From Pseudomonadota bacterium (GTDB lineage: Bacteria; Bdellovibrionota_G; JALEGL01; DATDPG01), in contig JAZDDX010000007.1 of NCBI GenBank assembly GCA_043809315.1, positions 32,001-96,000 of the forward strand: a stretch of DNA of 64,000 nucleotides. Direction: 5' to 3'. This document shows, piece by piece, positions 28,207 to 37,900 of the stretch. Each line of letters opens with the position of its first letter. The first letter of the stretch is position 1. Made by a program: the position numbers and the translations under genes. The notes below the pieces were generated by a model. It saw nothing but the letters and a program-made list of their open reading frames with translations, searched no databases and was not told where the DNA came from.

Positions 28207-28842
28207 TTAAACGACGGAGGGGGAGGCTAATTTGAGAAAATTGTTCAAGCCCCGGGTAGCCAGGAATGAATTTCCCTGTTTCTCCATTCCGAGGGTGGAG
28301 GTGCATTCAGGGCCGTAGTGGTGGCCCGGGCAGAGGATGAGGGAGTCGTCCAGCTGACGGATCTTCTGGAAGCTTTCGAACAGCTCCTTGGCGCTTCCCC
28401 CCGGAAGATCGGTTCGGCCACAGGCACCTACAAAAAGCGTATCCCCCGTCAGGAAGTTCTCTCCCGCGATGAGACAGACCGAGCCGGCGCTGTGCCCGGG
28501 GGTGTGGATCACGGAGACGGAAATCTCGCCGATCGAGATCGTTCCCCCCTCGTACGGGCGGATCTTCGTCCGAAGGTCCTTGAGCCAGAAGCTTTCCGCC
28601 GGATGTGCGTAGACCTCCGCCCCCGTGGTCGATGCCAGCTCGTCGACGCCGTTCGCATGATCCGGGTGCCCATGGGTCAAGAGAATCCGCGTGATGCGAT
28701 AGCCGTCGTCCTCGGCGGCCTTGATGATCCGCTTCACATCCCAGGCCGGATCGACGACCGCCGCGGTCTTCGTTGCGGGATCCCCGAGCAGGTAGACGAA
28801 GTTGGCCATCGGCCCGATTTCCATCTGTTTCAAATGGAACAC
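28207..28842 (-). CDS. MBL-fold metallo-hydrolase (glyoxalase II-like)
   Basis: THGHPDH, HTPGHS, TGDTLF, PGH. Confidence 0.92.
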   Translation of the reverse strand: MFHLKQMEIGPMANFVYLLGDPATKTAAVVDPAWDVKRIIKAAEDDGYRITRILLTHGHPDHANGVDELASTTGAEVYAHPAESFWLKDLRTKIRPYEGGTISIGEISVSVIHTPGHSAGSVCLIAGENFLTGDTLFVGACGRTDLPGGSAKELFESFQKIRQLDDSLILCPGHHYGPECTSTLGMEKQGNSFLATRGLNNFLKLASPSVV

Positions 28843-28863
28843 GCTCTCCGTATACTCCTTCCG

Positions 28864-29325
28864 ATGCTTGAGAAGAACCTAACGAAGCATATCGAGACTT
28901 CCAGCGCCCTCTGGATTCCGTTCCGGCTCGAAGGGATCGAGTACCTCCCCCTTCGTACCGACGTGGACGAGCGAAGAGGAACGTTTCTGTTTCGGATGCC
29001 GGCCGGGACCACCTACCCGCGCCACCGCCACCCCGCGGGGGAGGAGATCCTGGTCCTCAAAGGGGAAATGATGGCAGGGGAACGGAGACTCAAAGCGGGG
29101 GATTTCCTTTATTCCCCCCCGGCCTCGGTTCATGAACTGATTACCAAAGAAGGGTGTGTCTTTCTCGAGATCCTTCCGGAGCCGATGCAGGTGCTGTCGA
29201 CGATGACGATCGATGAGATCGAATCGATTCCGGACATCGCGGAATCAGGAGGGGCGCCGGCAAGCGACGAGCCGTTCGATCCTTCCTTACGCGAGATCCC
29301 GACGGAGGAAGAACCAAAAGCGTAA
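28864..29325 (+). CDS. ChrR-like cupin domain protein
   Basis: YPRHRHPAGEEILVLKG; PPASVH. Confidence 0.8.
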   Translation: MLEKNLTKHIETSSALWIPFRLEGIEYLPLRTDVDERRGTFLFRMPAGTTYPRHRHPAGEEILVLKGEMMAGERRLKAGDFLYSPPASVHELITKEGCVFLEILPEPMQVLSTMTIDEIESIPDIAESGGAPASDEPFDPSLREIPTEEEPKA

Positions 29326-29327
29326 GT

Positions 29328-30287
29328 TCAGAGCGGAAGGGAGATCACCGTCGCCGGGATCGCCCGTGCGGCGGAGATGACCGTCAGTTCCGTGCCGGGC
29401 TCGAACACCGCCCGGGGAAGCATCGCGAGCGCGAGACGCGAACCGAGTTTCGGCGATTCGCAAAGGCTCGTGATTCTACCGACCTCCTCTGCCCCGGAAT
29501 GAACGGGACACCCGACCGCGGGCCCGTCCTCTCCACCCGGAATCGCCAACCCCATCATCCGCCGCGCGACGTTGTTCCCGCGCGCGCGGAGCCGGGCGAT
29601 CAGCTCCTGTCCCAAAAAGCATCCCTTCGTGTACGAAACGTACGCCTCGAGTGAAGGGATCTCGGGAAGGAGGTTCTCCTCGGCGAAATCGATCCCGTTG
29701 ATCGCCTCTCCCGCTTCGATCCGTAGAGCGTCGAACGCCTCCGGGCCGATCATTCGAATCTCGGCCGCCGAACATATTCCAGGGAAATTCACCCCGTGCT
29801 TAACGTAGATCTGAAACGTCAGATCTACCGGAGTCGCGAGAGCCAGCACGCACGCGGAACCCGTACCAACAGGAAATTCACCACAAGCACCGCTCCCCGG
29901 CGAAGCCGGGAAGAGTTCCCGGGCCGTGGGCCCCAAGAGCGTCCAGACCTCGAGATCCGGAAGACCGGAGATCGCAACATCATCGGCAATGACATGTTTT
30001 TCGAGGATCTCCCGAAGTTTCTCTTTCTCGGAACTCCCGGTTTCGATCCAGAAAAGATCCCCCCGATTCAGGATTCGGAGAACCGCGCGGATCCTCCCTT
30101 TGGCGTCGAGCAAACAAGCGGGGAGATGATGGCCGACGGGAAGTCTCTTGACGTCGTTGGTCAACATCGCCTGAAGAAAACGGGTCCGGTCGTTCCCGGC
30201 GACCGCGAGAAGCGCCCGATCGCGGCGCTCGAACAACGCCGCGCGCTCGGTCGCCCATCGATATTCGTCGTGAAAGCGGGATGACAT
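29328..30287 (-). CDS. ygfZ: YgfZ/GcvT-family folate-binding protein
   Basis: GNDRTRFLQAMLTNDV; KGCFLGQE motif. Confidence 0.88.
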   Translation of the reverse strand: MSSRFHDEYRWATERAALFERRDRALLAVAGNDRTRFLQAMLTNDVKRLPVGHHLPACLLDAKGRIRAVLRILNRGDLFWIETGSSEKEKLREILEKHVIADDVAISGLPDLEVWTLLGPTARELFPASPGSGACGEFPVGTGSACVLALATPVDLTFQIYVKHGVNFPGICSAAEIRMIGPEAFDALRIEAGEAINGIDFAEENLLPEIPSLEAYVSYTKGCFLGQELIARLRARGNNVARRMMGLAIPGGEDGPAVGCPVHSGAEEVGRITSLCESPKLGSRLALAMLPRAVFEPGTELTVISAARAIPATVISLPL

Positions 30288-30341
30288 GGGGAGCGGGTTT
30301 CTGTATATAGCACCCCCATTTCGGGGGCAATCGGCCCACAC

Positions 30342-30986
30342 ATGCGAACCCTGGATCTCATCATCTTCGACCTCGACGGCACGCTGGTCGATTCCCGTCT
30401 CGACCTGACCCACTCGGTCAACGCGGCTCTCCGAGATCTCGGTCTCCCGCTCAAGACACCGGAACAGATCATCGGAATGATCGGAAACGGCACGCGGGCT
30501 CTGGTGGAGCGCGCCGTCGGAGGGGAGCGACAACAGTTCGAGCGAGCCTTTTCGATCTTCACAAAAGATTACGGCGAACACCTCCTCGACCACACGAAGC
30601 TCTACCCGGGCGCGCGTGAAGCACTCGCACGCCTCGAGGGAAAGAAGTTGGCGGTGATGAGCAACAAGCGTCAGCGCTTCTGTGATGCGATCCTTCGCGG
30701 ACTCGACGTGGACCGACTCTTCGCGATGATCCAGGGCGGGGATGCGCCGCACGGAAAAAAACCGAACCCGGCGCCTCTTCTCGAGATCGCGCGTCGACTC
30801 GGTGTCCCGCCCGCGCGGGCATGCATGGTCGGGGACAGCCCCGTCGACGTCGCGGCGGGGAAGGCCGCAGGAATGCGGACCGTGGGCTTAACCGAAGGGT
30901 TCACGCCCGCCGGCCAGATGGCAACGACAGGGGCCGATCTCCTCCTTTCGACAATTGCCGGCCTATCTCAAGCCTCAATTCCATAA
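30342..30986 (+). CDS. HAD hydrolase (phosphoglycolate phosphatase-like)
   Basis: FDLDGTLVDS, KPNP, MVGDSPVD. Confidence 0.9.
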   Translation: MRTLDLIIFDLDGTLVDSRLDLTHSVNAALRDLGLPLKTPEQIIGMIGNGTRALVERAVGGERQQFERAFSIFTKDYGEHLLDHTKLYPGAREALARLEGKKLAVMSNKRQRFCDAILRGLDVDRLFAMIQGGDAPHGKKPNPAPLLEIARRLGVPPARACMVGDSPVDVAAGKAAGMRTVGLTEGFTPAGQMATTGADLLLSTIAGLSQASIP

Positions 30987-31245
30987 GATCTCCGGAAAAC
31001 CATATCTGAAGCTGTGTGGGGCATGATGTCGTCGAAATCCCATGAATTTATAAGGGCATAAGCAAGGTGCGGTTGGGTAACCATCTTGTTCCAAGGCTCC
31101 GGGCGGCAGTCGGCGGAGCAACCGACAAGGCCGGGAAGCGCCGCCCTCCGCGCCGCCCCCCCACGGCTTATGCATTTCTCGGCCCCAACAACGGCAAACA
31201 CCCGTCGAATCCACGACTTACGAAAATCGTCACGCGCCACCCTAG

Positions 31246-31261
31246 GCTCTACATATTGATT
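31246..31261 (+). promoter_or_regulatory. Possible NrdR box
   Basis: Core CTACATATTG resembles CwAtATaTwG; lies upstream of nrdJ. Confidence 0.35.
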
Positions 31262-31479
31262 AAGCGTTCCTTAATGGACTAAATCGATTCTCTTTAGTTT
31301 CCTCTTGAATCTCGAAAAGAAGTGGCAATAACGTAGGGGCGAGCACGTTGCCATACACTACTGGCAACACTACCAAGACAGACCTTCGGGTTGTGCGCTT
31401 CGGTGTCTCGGACGACGGTTCCGCGGGTGGGATTTTCGTTTCGTGAATGTGGAACGGTGGGATGTAGAGGGGGAGCAGA

Positions 31480-34245
31480 ATGGGCGTGGATGTAGTAAAG
31501 GGGAGCAACGGACACATGCAGCCGCACATCACCAAGAATCCGAGAACCCGCAAGGAAGCGCGCGGGACCGGCCTGACCTTCACACGCTATTTCACCCAGA
31601 GCGGCGTCCATCCGTTCGACGACATCGACTGGGAAACGCGCGAAGCGACGATCACCAACGAGAAGGGGGAGGTCGTTTTCTCGCAAAAAGGGATCGAGGT
31701 CCCGAGATTCTGGTCGGCGCTCGCCACGAACGTCGTCGTTTCGAAGTATTTCCGGGGACCGCTCGGGACGCCGCAACGGGAACGATCGGTCAAGCAGCTC
31801 ATCGGCCGCGTCGCGGACACGCTCGCCGAGTGGGGGCGCAAACAGAACTATTTCGCGACGGAAGAGGATGTCGTCGCGTTCCAGAACGAACTGACCCATC
31901 TCCTGGTCCACCAGAAGATGGCGTTCAACTCCCCCGTCTGGTTCAACGTCGGGATCGAAAGACAACCGCAGTGCTCGGCCTGCTTCATCAACTCGATCCA
32001 CGATTCCATGTCGTCAATCCTCGACCTCGCCAAGACCGAGGGGATGCTCTTCAAGGGGGGCTCCGGGACCGGGACGAATTTCTCCCCGCTCCGCTCCTCG
32101 CGCGAACTTCTGACGGGCGGTGGCCAGCCGTCCGGGCCGGTCTCGTTCATGAAGGGGTACGATGCCTTCGCCGGCGTGATCAAATCGGGCGGTAAAACCC
32201 GCCGCGCGGCAAAAATGGTGATCCTGAACATCGATCACCCCGACATCGTCTCGTTCATCCGTTGCAAGGAACTCGAGGAGAGAAAGGCGTGGGCCCTAAT
32301 CGACGCCGGATACGATCCGTCGTTCAACGGGGAGGCGTACGGCTCGATCTTCTTCCAGAACTCGAACAACTCCGTCCGCGTAACCGACGAGTTCATGCGG
32401 GCCGTCGAGGACGACCGCAACTGGACGACGTTCGCGGTCACCGACCGGCGGCCGATCGATACCTGCCGCGCGAGAGACCTGATGAAAATGATCGCCGAGG
32501 CGACCTGGGTCTGCGGCGATCCGGGGGTCCAATTCGACACGACGATCAACGACTGGCACACCTGCGCGAATACGGCGCGGATCCACGCCTCGAACCCCTG
32601 CTCCGAATACATGTTCCTGGACGACACCGCCTGCAATCTGGCGTCGCTCAACCTGATGAAGTTCGTGACCCCGGAAGGAAAATTCGACGTCCCCGCCTAC
32701 CGGGCGGCGCTCCGGACCACGATCCTCGCGCAGGAGATCATCGTCGACAACGCCTCGTATCCGACGCCGGCGATCACCGTGAACAGCTCGGAGTACCGCC
32801 CCTTAGGGATCGGCTACGCCAATCTCGGAGCATTACTCATGTCCGAAGGGCTTCCGTACGATTCCGACGCGGGTCGGGCGTACGCCGCCGCGGTCACCGC
32901 GATCATGACCGGCCACTGTTACCGCGTTTCCGCCGAGGTCGCCGCCGACCGCGGCCCGTTCGGCTCGTATTCGAAGAACCGCGAACCGATGCTCCGCGTG
33001 ATCCGGAAACATGCCGATTCGGTCAAACGGATCGACCGGAACCTGATCCCGCCCGACCTCTACCAGGCGGCATCGGAAGACTGGGAGACCGCCTACGACG
33101 TCGGGAAGCGGTTCGGATACCGCAATTCGCAGATCAGCGTCCTCGCCCCGACCGGAACGATCGGGTTCATGATGGATTGCGATACGACCGGCGTCGAGCC
33201 GGACATTGCTCTCGTGAAGTACAAGAAGCTGGTCGGCGGCGGCTTCCTGAAGCTCGTCAACCAGACCGTCCCGATGGCACTCCAGAAGCTCGGCTATACG
33301 ACAGGCGAGCGGGAGACGATCTTAAAACAGATCGACGAACGGGAGACGATTGAGGGAACGACCGCGCTCAAGCAGGAACACCTGCCGGTCTTCGATTGCG
33401 CGTTCAAGCCGCTCAACGGCGAGCGGTTCATCCATTACCTGGGACATCTCCGGATGATGGCGGCGGTCCAACCGTTCATCTCCGGCGCGATCTCCAAGAC
33501 CGTCAACGTCCCGAATGACGCCACCGCCGAAGAGATCGCCGAGACCTATCTGCAGGCATGGAAGCTCGGCATCAAAGCGATCGCCGTCTATCGCGACGGC
33601 TGCAAGCGGTCGCAACCGCTCAACACCTCGAAAGCGGAGGAGAAGAGCACCGTTTCCGGCGCGCGACAACCGTACCGCCGGCGTTTACCCGACGAGCGGA
33701 CCGCGATCACGCACAAGTTCACGATCGGCGGGCACGAAGGGTACATCACGGTCGGCACTTACGAGGACGGGACCCCGGGGGAAATCTTCCTGGTGATGTC
33801 GAAGGAGGGGACCGTCGTCTCGGGGTTGATGGACTCGTTCGCCACCGCTATCTCGCTGGCGCTCCAGTACGGTGTCCCCTTGAAGGTCCTGATCTCCAAG
33901 TTCAGCCATACGCGGTTCGAGCCGTCGGGGATCACGAACAACAAGGAGATTCCGTTCGCGAAGTCGGTGGTCGACTACATCTTCCGCTGGCTCGCCTCGA
34001 AGTTCCTCTCGAAGGAGGAAGCGGAGCTGGTGGGGTTGGTGAGCCGTGCGGAGATCCTGACCGCGACCCCGACCCTCCCCCCTTCATCCTCGGGAATGAC
34101 CGGCGCATCGCTCGACCTGTCGCAGAAGTGGTCGTTCCACCCTCAGGAGGACTCACCTCCCTGTCCCGATTGCGGCGAGATCATGGTCCGGAACGGCATC
34201 TGCTACAAATGCGTCAACTGCGGAACGACAAGCGGGTGTTCCTGA
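31480..34245 (+). CDS. nrdJ: Class II adenosylcobalamin-dependent ribonucleotide reductase
   Basis: FNSPVWFN, QCSACFI, SNPCSEY, APTGTI, GAISKT; C-terminal TSCPD-like domain and CPDC..CVNC. Confidence 0.96.
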   Translation: MGVDVVKGSNGHMQPHITKNPRTRKEARGTGLTFTRYFTQSGVHPFDDIDWETREATITNEKGEVVFSQKGIEVPRFWSALATNVVVSKYFRGPLGTPQRERSVKQLIGRVADTLAEWGRKQNYFATEEDVVAFQNELTHLLVHQKMAFNSPVWFNVGIERQPQCSACFINSIHDSMSSILDLAKTEGMLFKGGSGTGTNFSPLRSSRELLTGGGQPSGPVSFMKGYDAFAGVIKSGGKTRRAAKMVILNIDHPDIVSFIRCKELEERKAWALIDAGYDPSFNGEAYGSIFFQNSNNSVRVTDEFMRAVEDDRNWTTFAVTDRRPIDTCRARDLMKMIAEATWVCGDPGVQFDTTINDWHTCANTARIHASNPCSEYMFLDDTACNLASLNLMKFVTPEGKFDVPAYRAALRTTILAQEIIVDNASYPTPAITVNSSEYRPLGIGYANLGALLMSEGLPYDSDAGRAYAAAVTAIMTGHCYRVSAEVAADRGPFGSYSKNREPMLRVIRKHADSVKRIDRNLIPPDLYQAASEDWETAYDVGKRFGYRNSQISVLAPTGTIGFMMDCDTTGVEPDIALVKYKKLVGGGFLKLVNQTVPMALQKLGYTTGERETILKQIDERETIEGTTALKQEHLPVFDCAFKPLNGERFIHYLGHLRMMAAVQPFISGAISKTVNVPNDATAEEIAETYLQAWKLGIKAIAVYRDGCKRSQPLNTSKAEEKSTVSGARQPYRRRLPDERTAITHKFTIGGHEGYITVGTYEDGTPGEIFLVMSKEGTVVSGLMDSFATAISLALQYGVPLKVLISKFSHTRFEPSGITNNKEIPFAKSVVDYIFRWLASKFLSKEEAELVGLVSRAEILTATPTLPPSSSGMTGASLDLSQKWSFHPQEDSPPCPDCGEIMVRNGICYKCVNCGTTSGCS

Positions 34246-34775
34246 CGAAGATCTACACGAAGAGCGGGGATGCCGGAGAAACAAGTCTGGGAAACGGGCA
34301 ACGTCTCCCCAAGAATGACCCTCGAATCGAAATTCTCGGCATCGTCGACGAGTTGAATTCCCTTCTCGGGATCGTTCGCGCCCGTCCCCTCCCGAACGAA
34401 ACCGACCGCAAGATCGAACGAGTCCAACGGGAGCTGTTCGGGTTGGGGGCGGATCTCTCGTCGGCAAAGAAAGATGAAGTCCGCACCGAGTGGGTCGAAC
34501 GTCTCGAAAGCGAGATCGACGCACTCGAAAAAAATCTTCCCCCTCTCCGCGAGTTCATCCTCCCCGGAGGGTCGGTCGCTTCGGCACATCTTCACTTCGC
34601 CCGCACGGTCTGCCGCCGCGCCGAACGGCGGCTCGCTCCGCTTGTTGCCCGCGGGGAAGCAAATTCCACGATTCTCGTCTATCTGAACCGTCTGTCGGAC
34701 TGGCTTTTCGTTCTCGCGCGCCATGTTTGTCGAGAAACCGGCGGTTCGGAAACGACCTGGATTCCGGATCGTTAG
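34236..34775 (+). CDS. PduO-type cob(I)alamin adenosyltransferase
   Basis: KIYTKSGDAGET, DELNS, FILPGG, RTVCRRAER, YLNRLSDWLF; GTG start overlaps the nrdJ end. Confidence 0.92.
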   Translation: MFLTKIYTKSGDAGETSLGNGQRLPKNDPRIEILGIVDELNSLLGIVRARPLPNETDRKIERVQRELFGLGADLSSAKKDEVRTEWVERLESEIDALEKNLPPLREFILPGGSVASAHLHFARTVCRRAERRLAPLVARGEANSTILVYLNRLSDWLFVLARHVCRETGGSETTWIPDR

Positions 34776-34914
34776 CCCCTCACGACGTCGCGTGAGGGGA
34801 ACTTGGGTTTGCGATTTCCGAGATTTCAAACTGCAACTTATTGATCCGTATACATAAAGGTAAAATTTCAGTTAGAATGATTATGATAAGGATTATAGTC
34901 AGGAGGCTTCGCCG

Positions 34915-37900
34915 GTGAGGAAACCCCGCTCTTCACAGATCGGTTTCACAATTACCGAACTTCTGGTCGGCGCGCTGGTCGTTGCCGTGATCGGCGCCGC
35001 CACGTACCGCATTCTCACCTCCAACGTTCGCGTTCACGTCGGCGAGATGGCCGCGGGCGAACGGGGGAAACAATCGATCAACGCGCTGGCGCAGTTCGAG
35101 GACGACGCCCGTTCCGGCAACCCGACCTGGGCACGCCAGGGAATTCCGGTCGTTTTCCCGCATCAGGGGTTGGGACCGTTCGATGCCACGACCGGCCGCA
35201 ACGCGATGGGGTACTGTGCGACGGCGAACGCCAAGATCTCTCCAAGCGGACCTCTCAATCAGGTTGAATGGTGTGACGTCCAGAGCGACGGCGTCACGTT
35301 CATGGCGGTCAACCGGGTGAAGCGGCAGATCTACATCCCGACAAAGCCGGTTGGATACGCGTCGGATTGGGCCACGGCCACCGAAGACGGATTGCCGATT
35401 AACGTCAAATCCGCGAACACGAGCTCCCCGCCGGATCTCGGCGACATCATGTTGATCTACCAAGCCCACAAGTGGGCGCTCGCCAGAGTCTCGGGCCCCG
35501 CGGTTGTCCCCACCGCAGGAGGGCCCCAATCCATAGGCCAAGCTCCGGCCCCTTCGTGGGAAGACGTCATTGGAATTCGGTCGGCATATGCCGTCGGTGG
35601 CGAGTGCGATCCGGATTTGGGGTGCGAGGCGACCAACACACCGGCCCCACCGACCAACACACCGAACTACACACAGACCGCCATTGCTCGCGTCACCCAA
35701 ACCGCCGTCGCGGCCGTCACCCAAACCGCCATTGCTCGCGTCACCCAAACCGCCGTCGCGGCCGCCACCCAAACCGCCGTCGCGGCCGCCACCCAAACCG
35801 CCGTTGCTCGCGTCACACAGACCGCGGTCGCGGTAGCGGCAACATCCACCGCGGTCGCGGCCGTCACGGTAACCGCCCGAGCCCAGATCACGGCAACCGC
35901 TGCTGCCATCGTCTCGGCAACCGCCGCAGCCGGAGCCACGTCAACCGCCATCTCCGCAGCTACGGCAACCGCTAACGGCGCCGCGAATGCCACGGCGACC
36001 GCGGGTGCCCCGACCGCCGCCCCGATGGTTTCCGTAGGTAGCTGGGGAAGCGCCGCGCTGTCGTCCGCCGGCCGCCAGAGACTGCGGAACAACGGCAGCG
36101 TCGCCCTGGGATACGAAGTGATCCAAGCGGGTCCCCCGGTCGCCGGCGGCCCGTTGGACGAGCGGAGCGACGTCGGAGCGGACGGAGTCTTTATCCAGAC
36201 CTCATCCACCTATCGCCCGACCCCGGCCCCTTCCGGAGAAGAGCCTGTCAACGACATGGTCTTCAGCGGAAACGCCACGGCGATTGAAAATGTCTGCTTC
36301 CACACCTATCGGGGGCGCTTCGTCACGAAGAGCGGCGAGATCCTCCAGACCCTAGCCGACGCGACCAGCGCCGGAAGCGAGATCGCGGCGAATTCGGCGG
36401 GGGTGCCGCAGCTCTACCTCGTCCGAACCAGCTGGTGCAAGGACGACCCCGAAACCGGGCCGGCGTTTGAACACCAGGTTCTGATGCCGATCGAAAGCTT
36501 CACGCTGACGTACGACGTTCTCAAGTCGGTCGATGCTCAAGGATACGAGGTCACGGACCGCCTGGACGACACCTACGTGATGGGCCACTCGGGAACTCCT
36601 ACCCCCGTGGGGGCAACATACAGCGGGGAGATCTGGCGTGATATCGGACACAGCCGGGCCGCGACTCCTGCCAATCCGATGGATCTCACGCTTTACAGCA
36701 GCGACACGCCGAACCTCCCCAGTTCCGCGGCCGCGAACTATCACTCCAACTTGAACAAGATCGTCGCCGTGAGCGCCCACATCGCCGGCGTCGACCCCTC
36801 GACCGGGCGGACCAGCGACCAGCGGATCAAAGCTTCGATCCAGGAAGCGGCCATGAGGCTTCAGTATCAGGGGGGAACGATGTCGGTCTCGATCTCGAAC
36901 AACCTCCTCGCCCCAAAGACCGGAAAACCGGCCATCGTCCCGTATGCCGACGGTTCAGTGGAGGTTCTGGTCCCGGTCATCGAGCCGTGCGGTTCGACCG
37001 ACGGGGTCAACTGCAATGCCACGCCGAACCCGGACACCGTCCGCCCCGAAATGGGGGTGGGATCGATTCAGATTCGGAGCGAATCGGGAGCCTTGGTCGA
37101 CACGATCACAGGATTTCTCCTGCCGGACATTACCTTCACGGCTCCCGGCGGCCTTATGTTGTCAAACGCCGGCATCACCGGGAAAGGGCTCACGTTCTAC
37201 CCGAGCGCAATCTCCGTGGGGGGAGGAGTCCCGCCGAAATCGATCTTTGTCGGCGGTTATGCCGTCGGCAGAAACGCCTCCAACAATCTGCAACGGCTCC
37301 CCGCGATCGCGGTCCTTCGAACGAACGGAAAAAAGGTGTCGGATGTGGCCGGCGAAATGTACCCCTGTACGTCTCTCGGTGGGACAAAAAGTTATGCGGA
37401 GAGTCAGGCGGCTGAGAGTTGCGAAGTCTGGGCGGTCCCGACACAGCCCGGCCTGTACGACACCGCGGCCGGAATCACCATCCTTCCTATGCCCAAAGCG
37501 ATCGCGGTTTGGTCGGGGACCGCAACCAAGGTCCAGGTGGCGGCGACCTCCCTCCTGGCGATCGGATCGGTGTCCAAGATGACTCCGACCGATCCGATCT
37601 ACGTCTACCTGGCGACCATGACCGTTTTTGACGACGTTACCTGGAAGATCCTCTTGGGTACTAACTATGACTACAATCGTTGGTCGATTCCGACGCCGAC
37701 CGCGTCGCCGACGCCGGCTGCGACTCTGACTCCGCCGACCCCGACCCCGATCTCGACCCCGTGCCAGACGAACGACTGCGACGGGCAGATCCTGACCTCT
37801 CTTTCGACCCAACCGCTTCAGCTCAACCAAAACCGGTACATCGGTGCCGCGGTCGGGAACAAGAGCGACGGGCCGCCTCCACCGTTCGGCGTGGGAGATG

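Noticed and set aside
31056-31173. Canonical cobalamin riboswitch
   Set aside because: Lacks the GCCACTG and AGCC..AGACC elements; kept only as an unclassified structured-RNA candidate
33558-34775. 405-aa ORF suggesting a frameshift fusion of nrdJ with the adenosyltransferase
   Set aside because: The upstream part is off-frame shadow of nrdJ; ATR homology begins at GTG 34236 and nrdJ has its own normal C-terminus
35671-35838. Tandem repeats as a CRISPR array
   Set aside because: No unique spacers, in-frame coding repeat, and no cas genes
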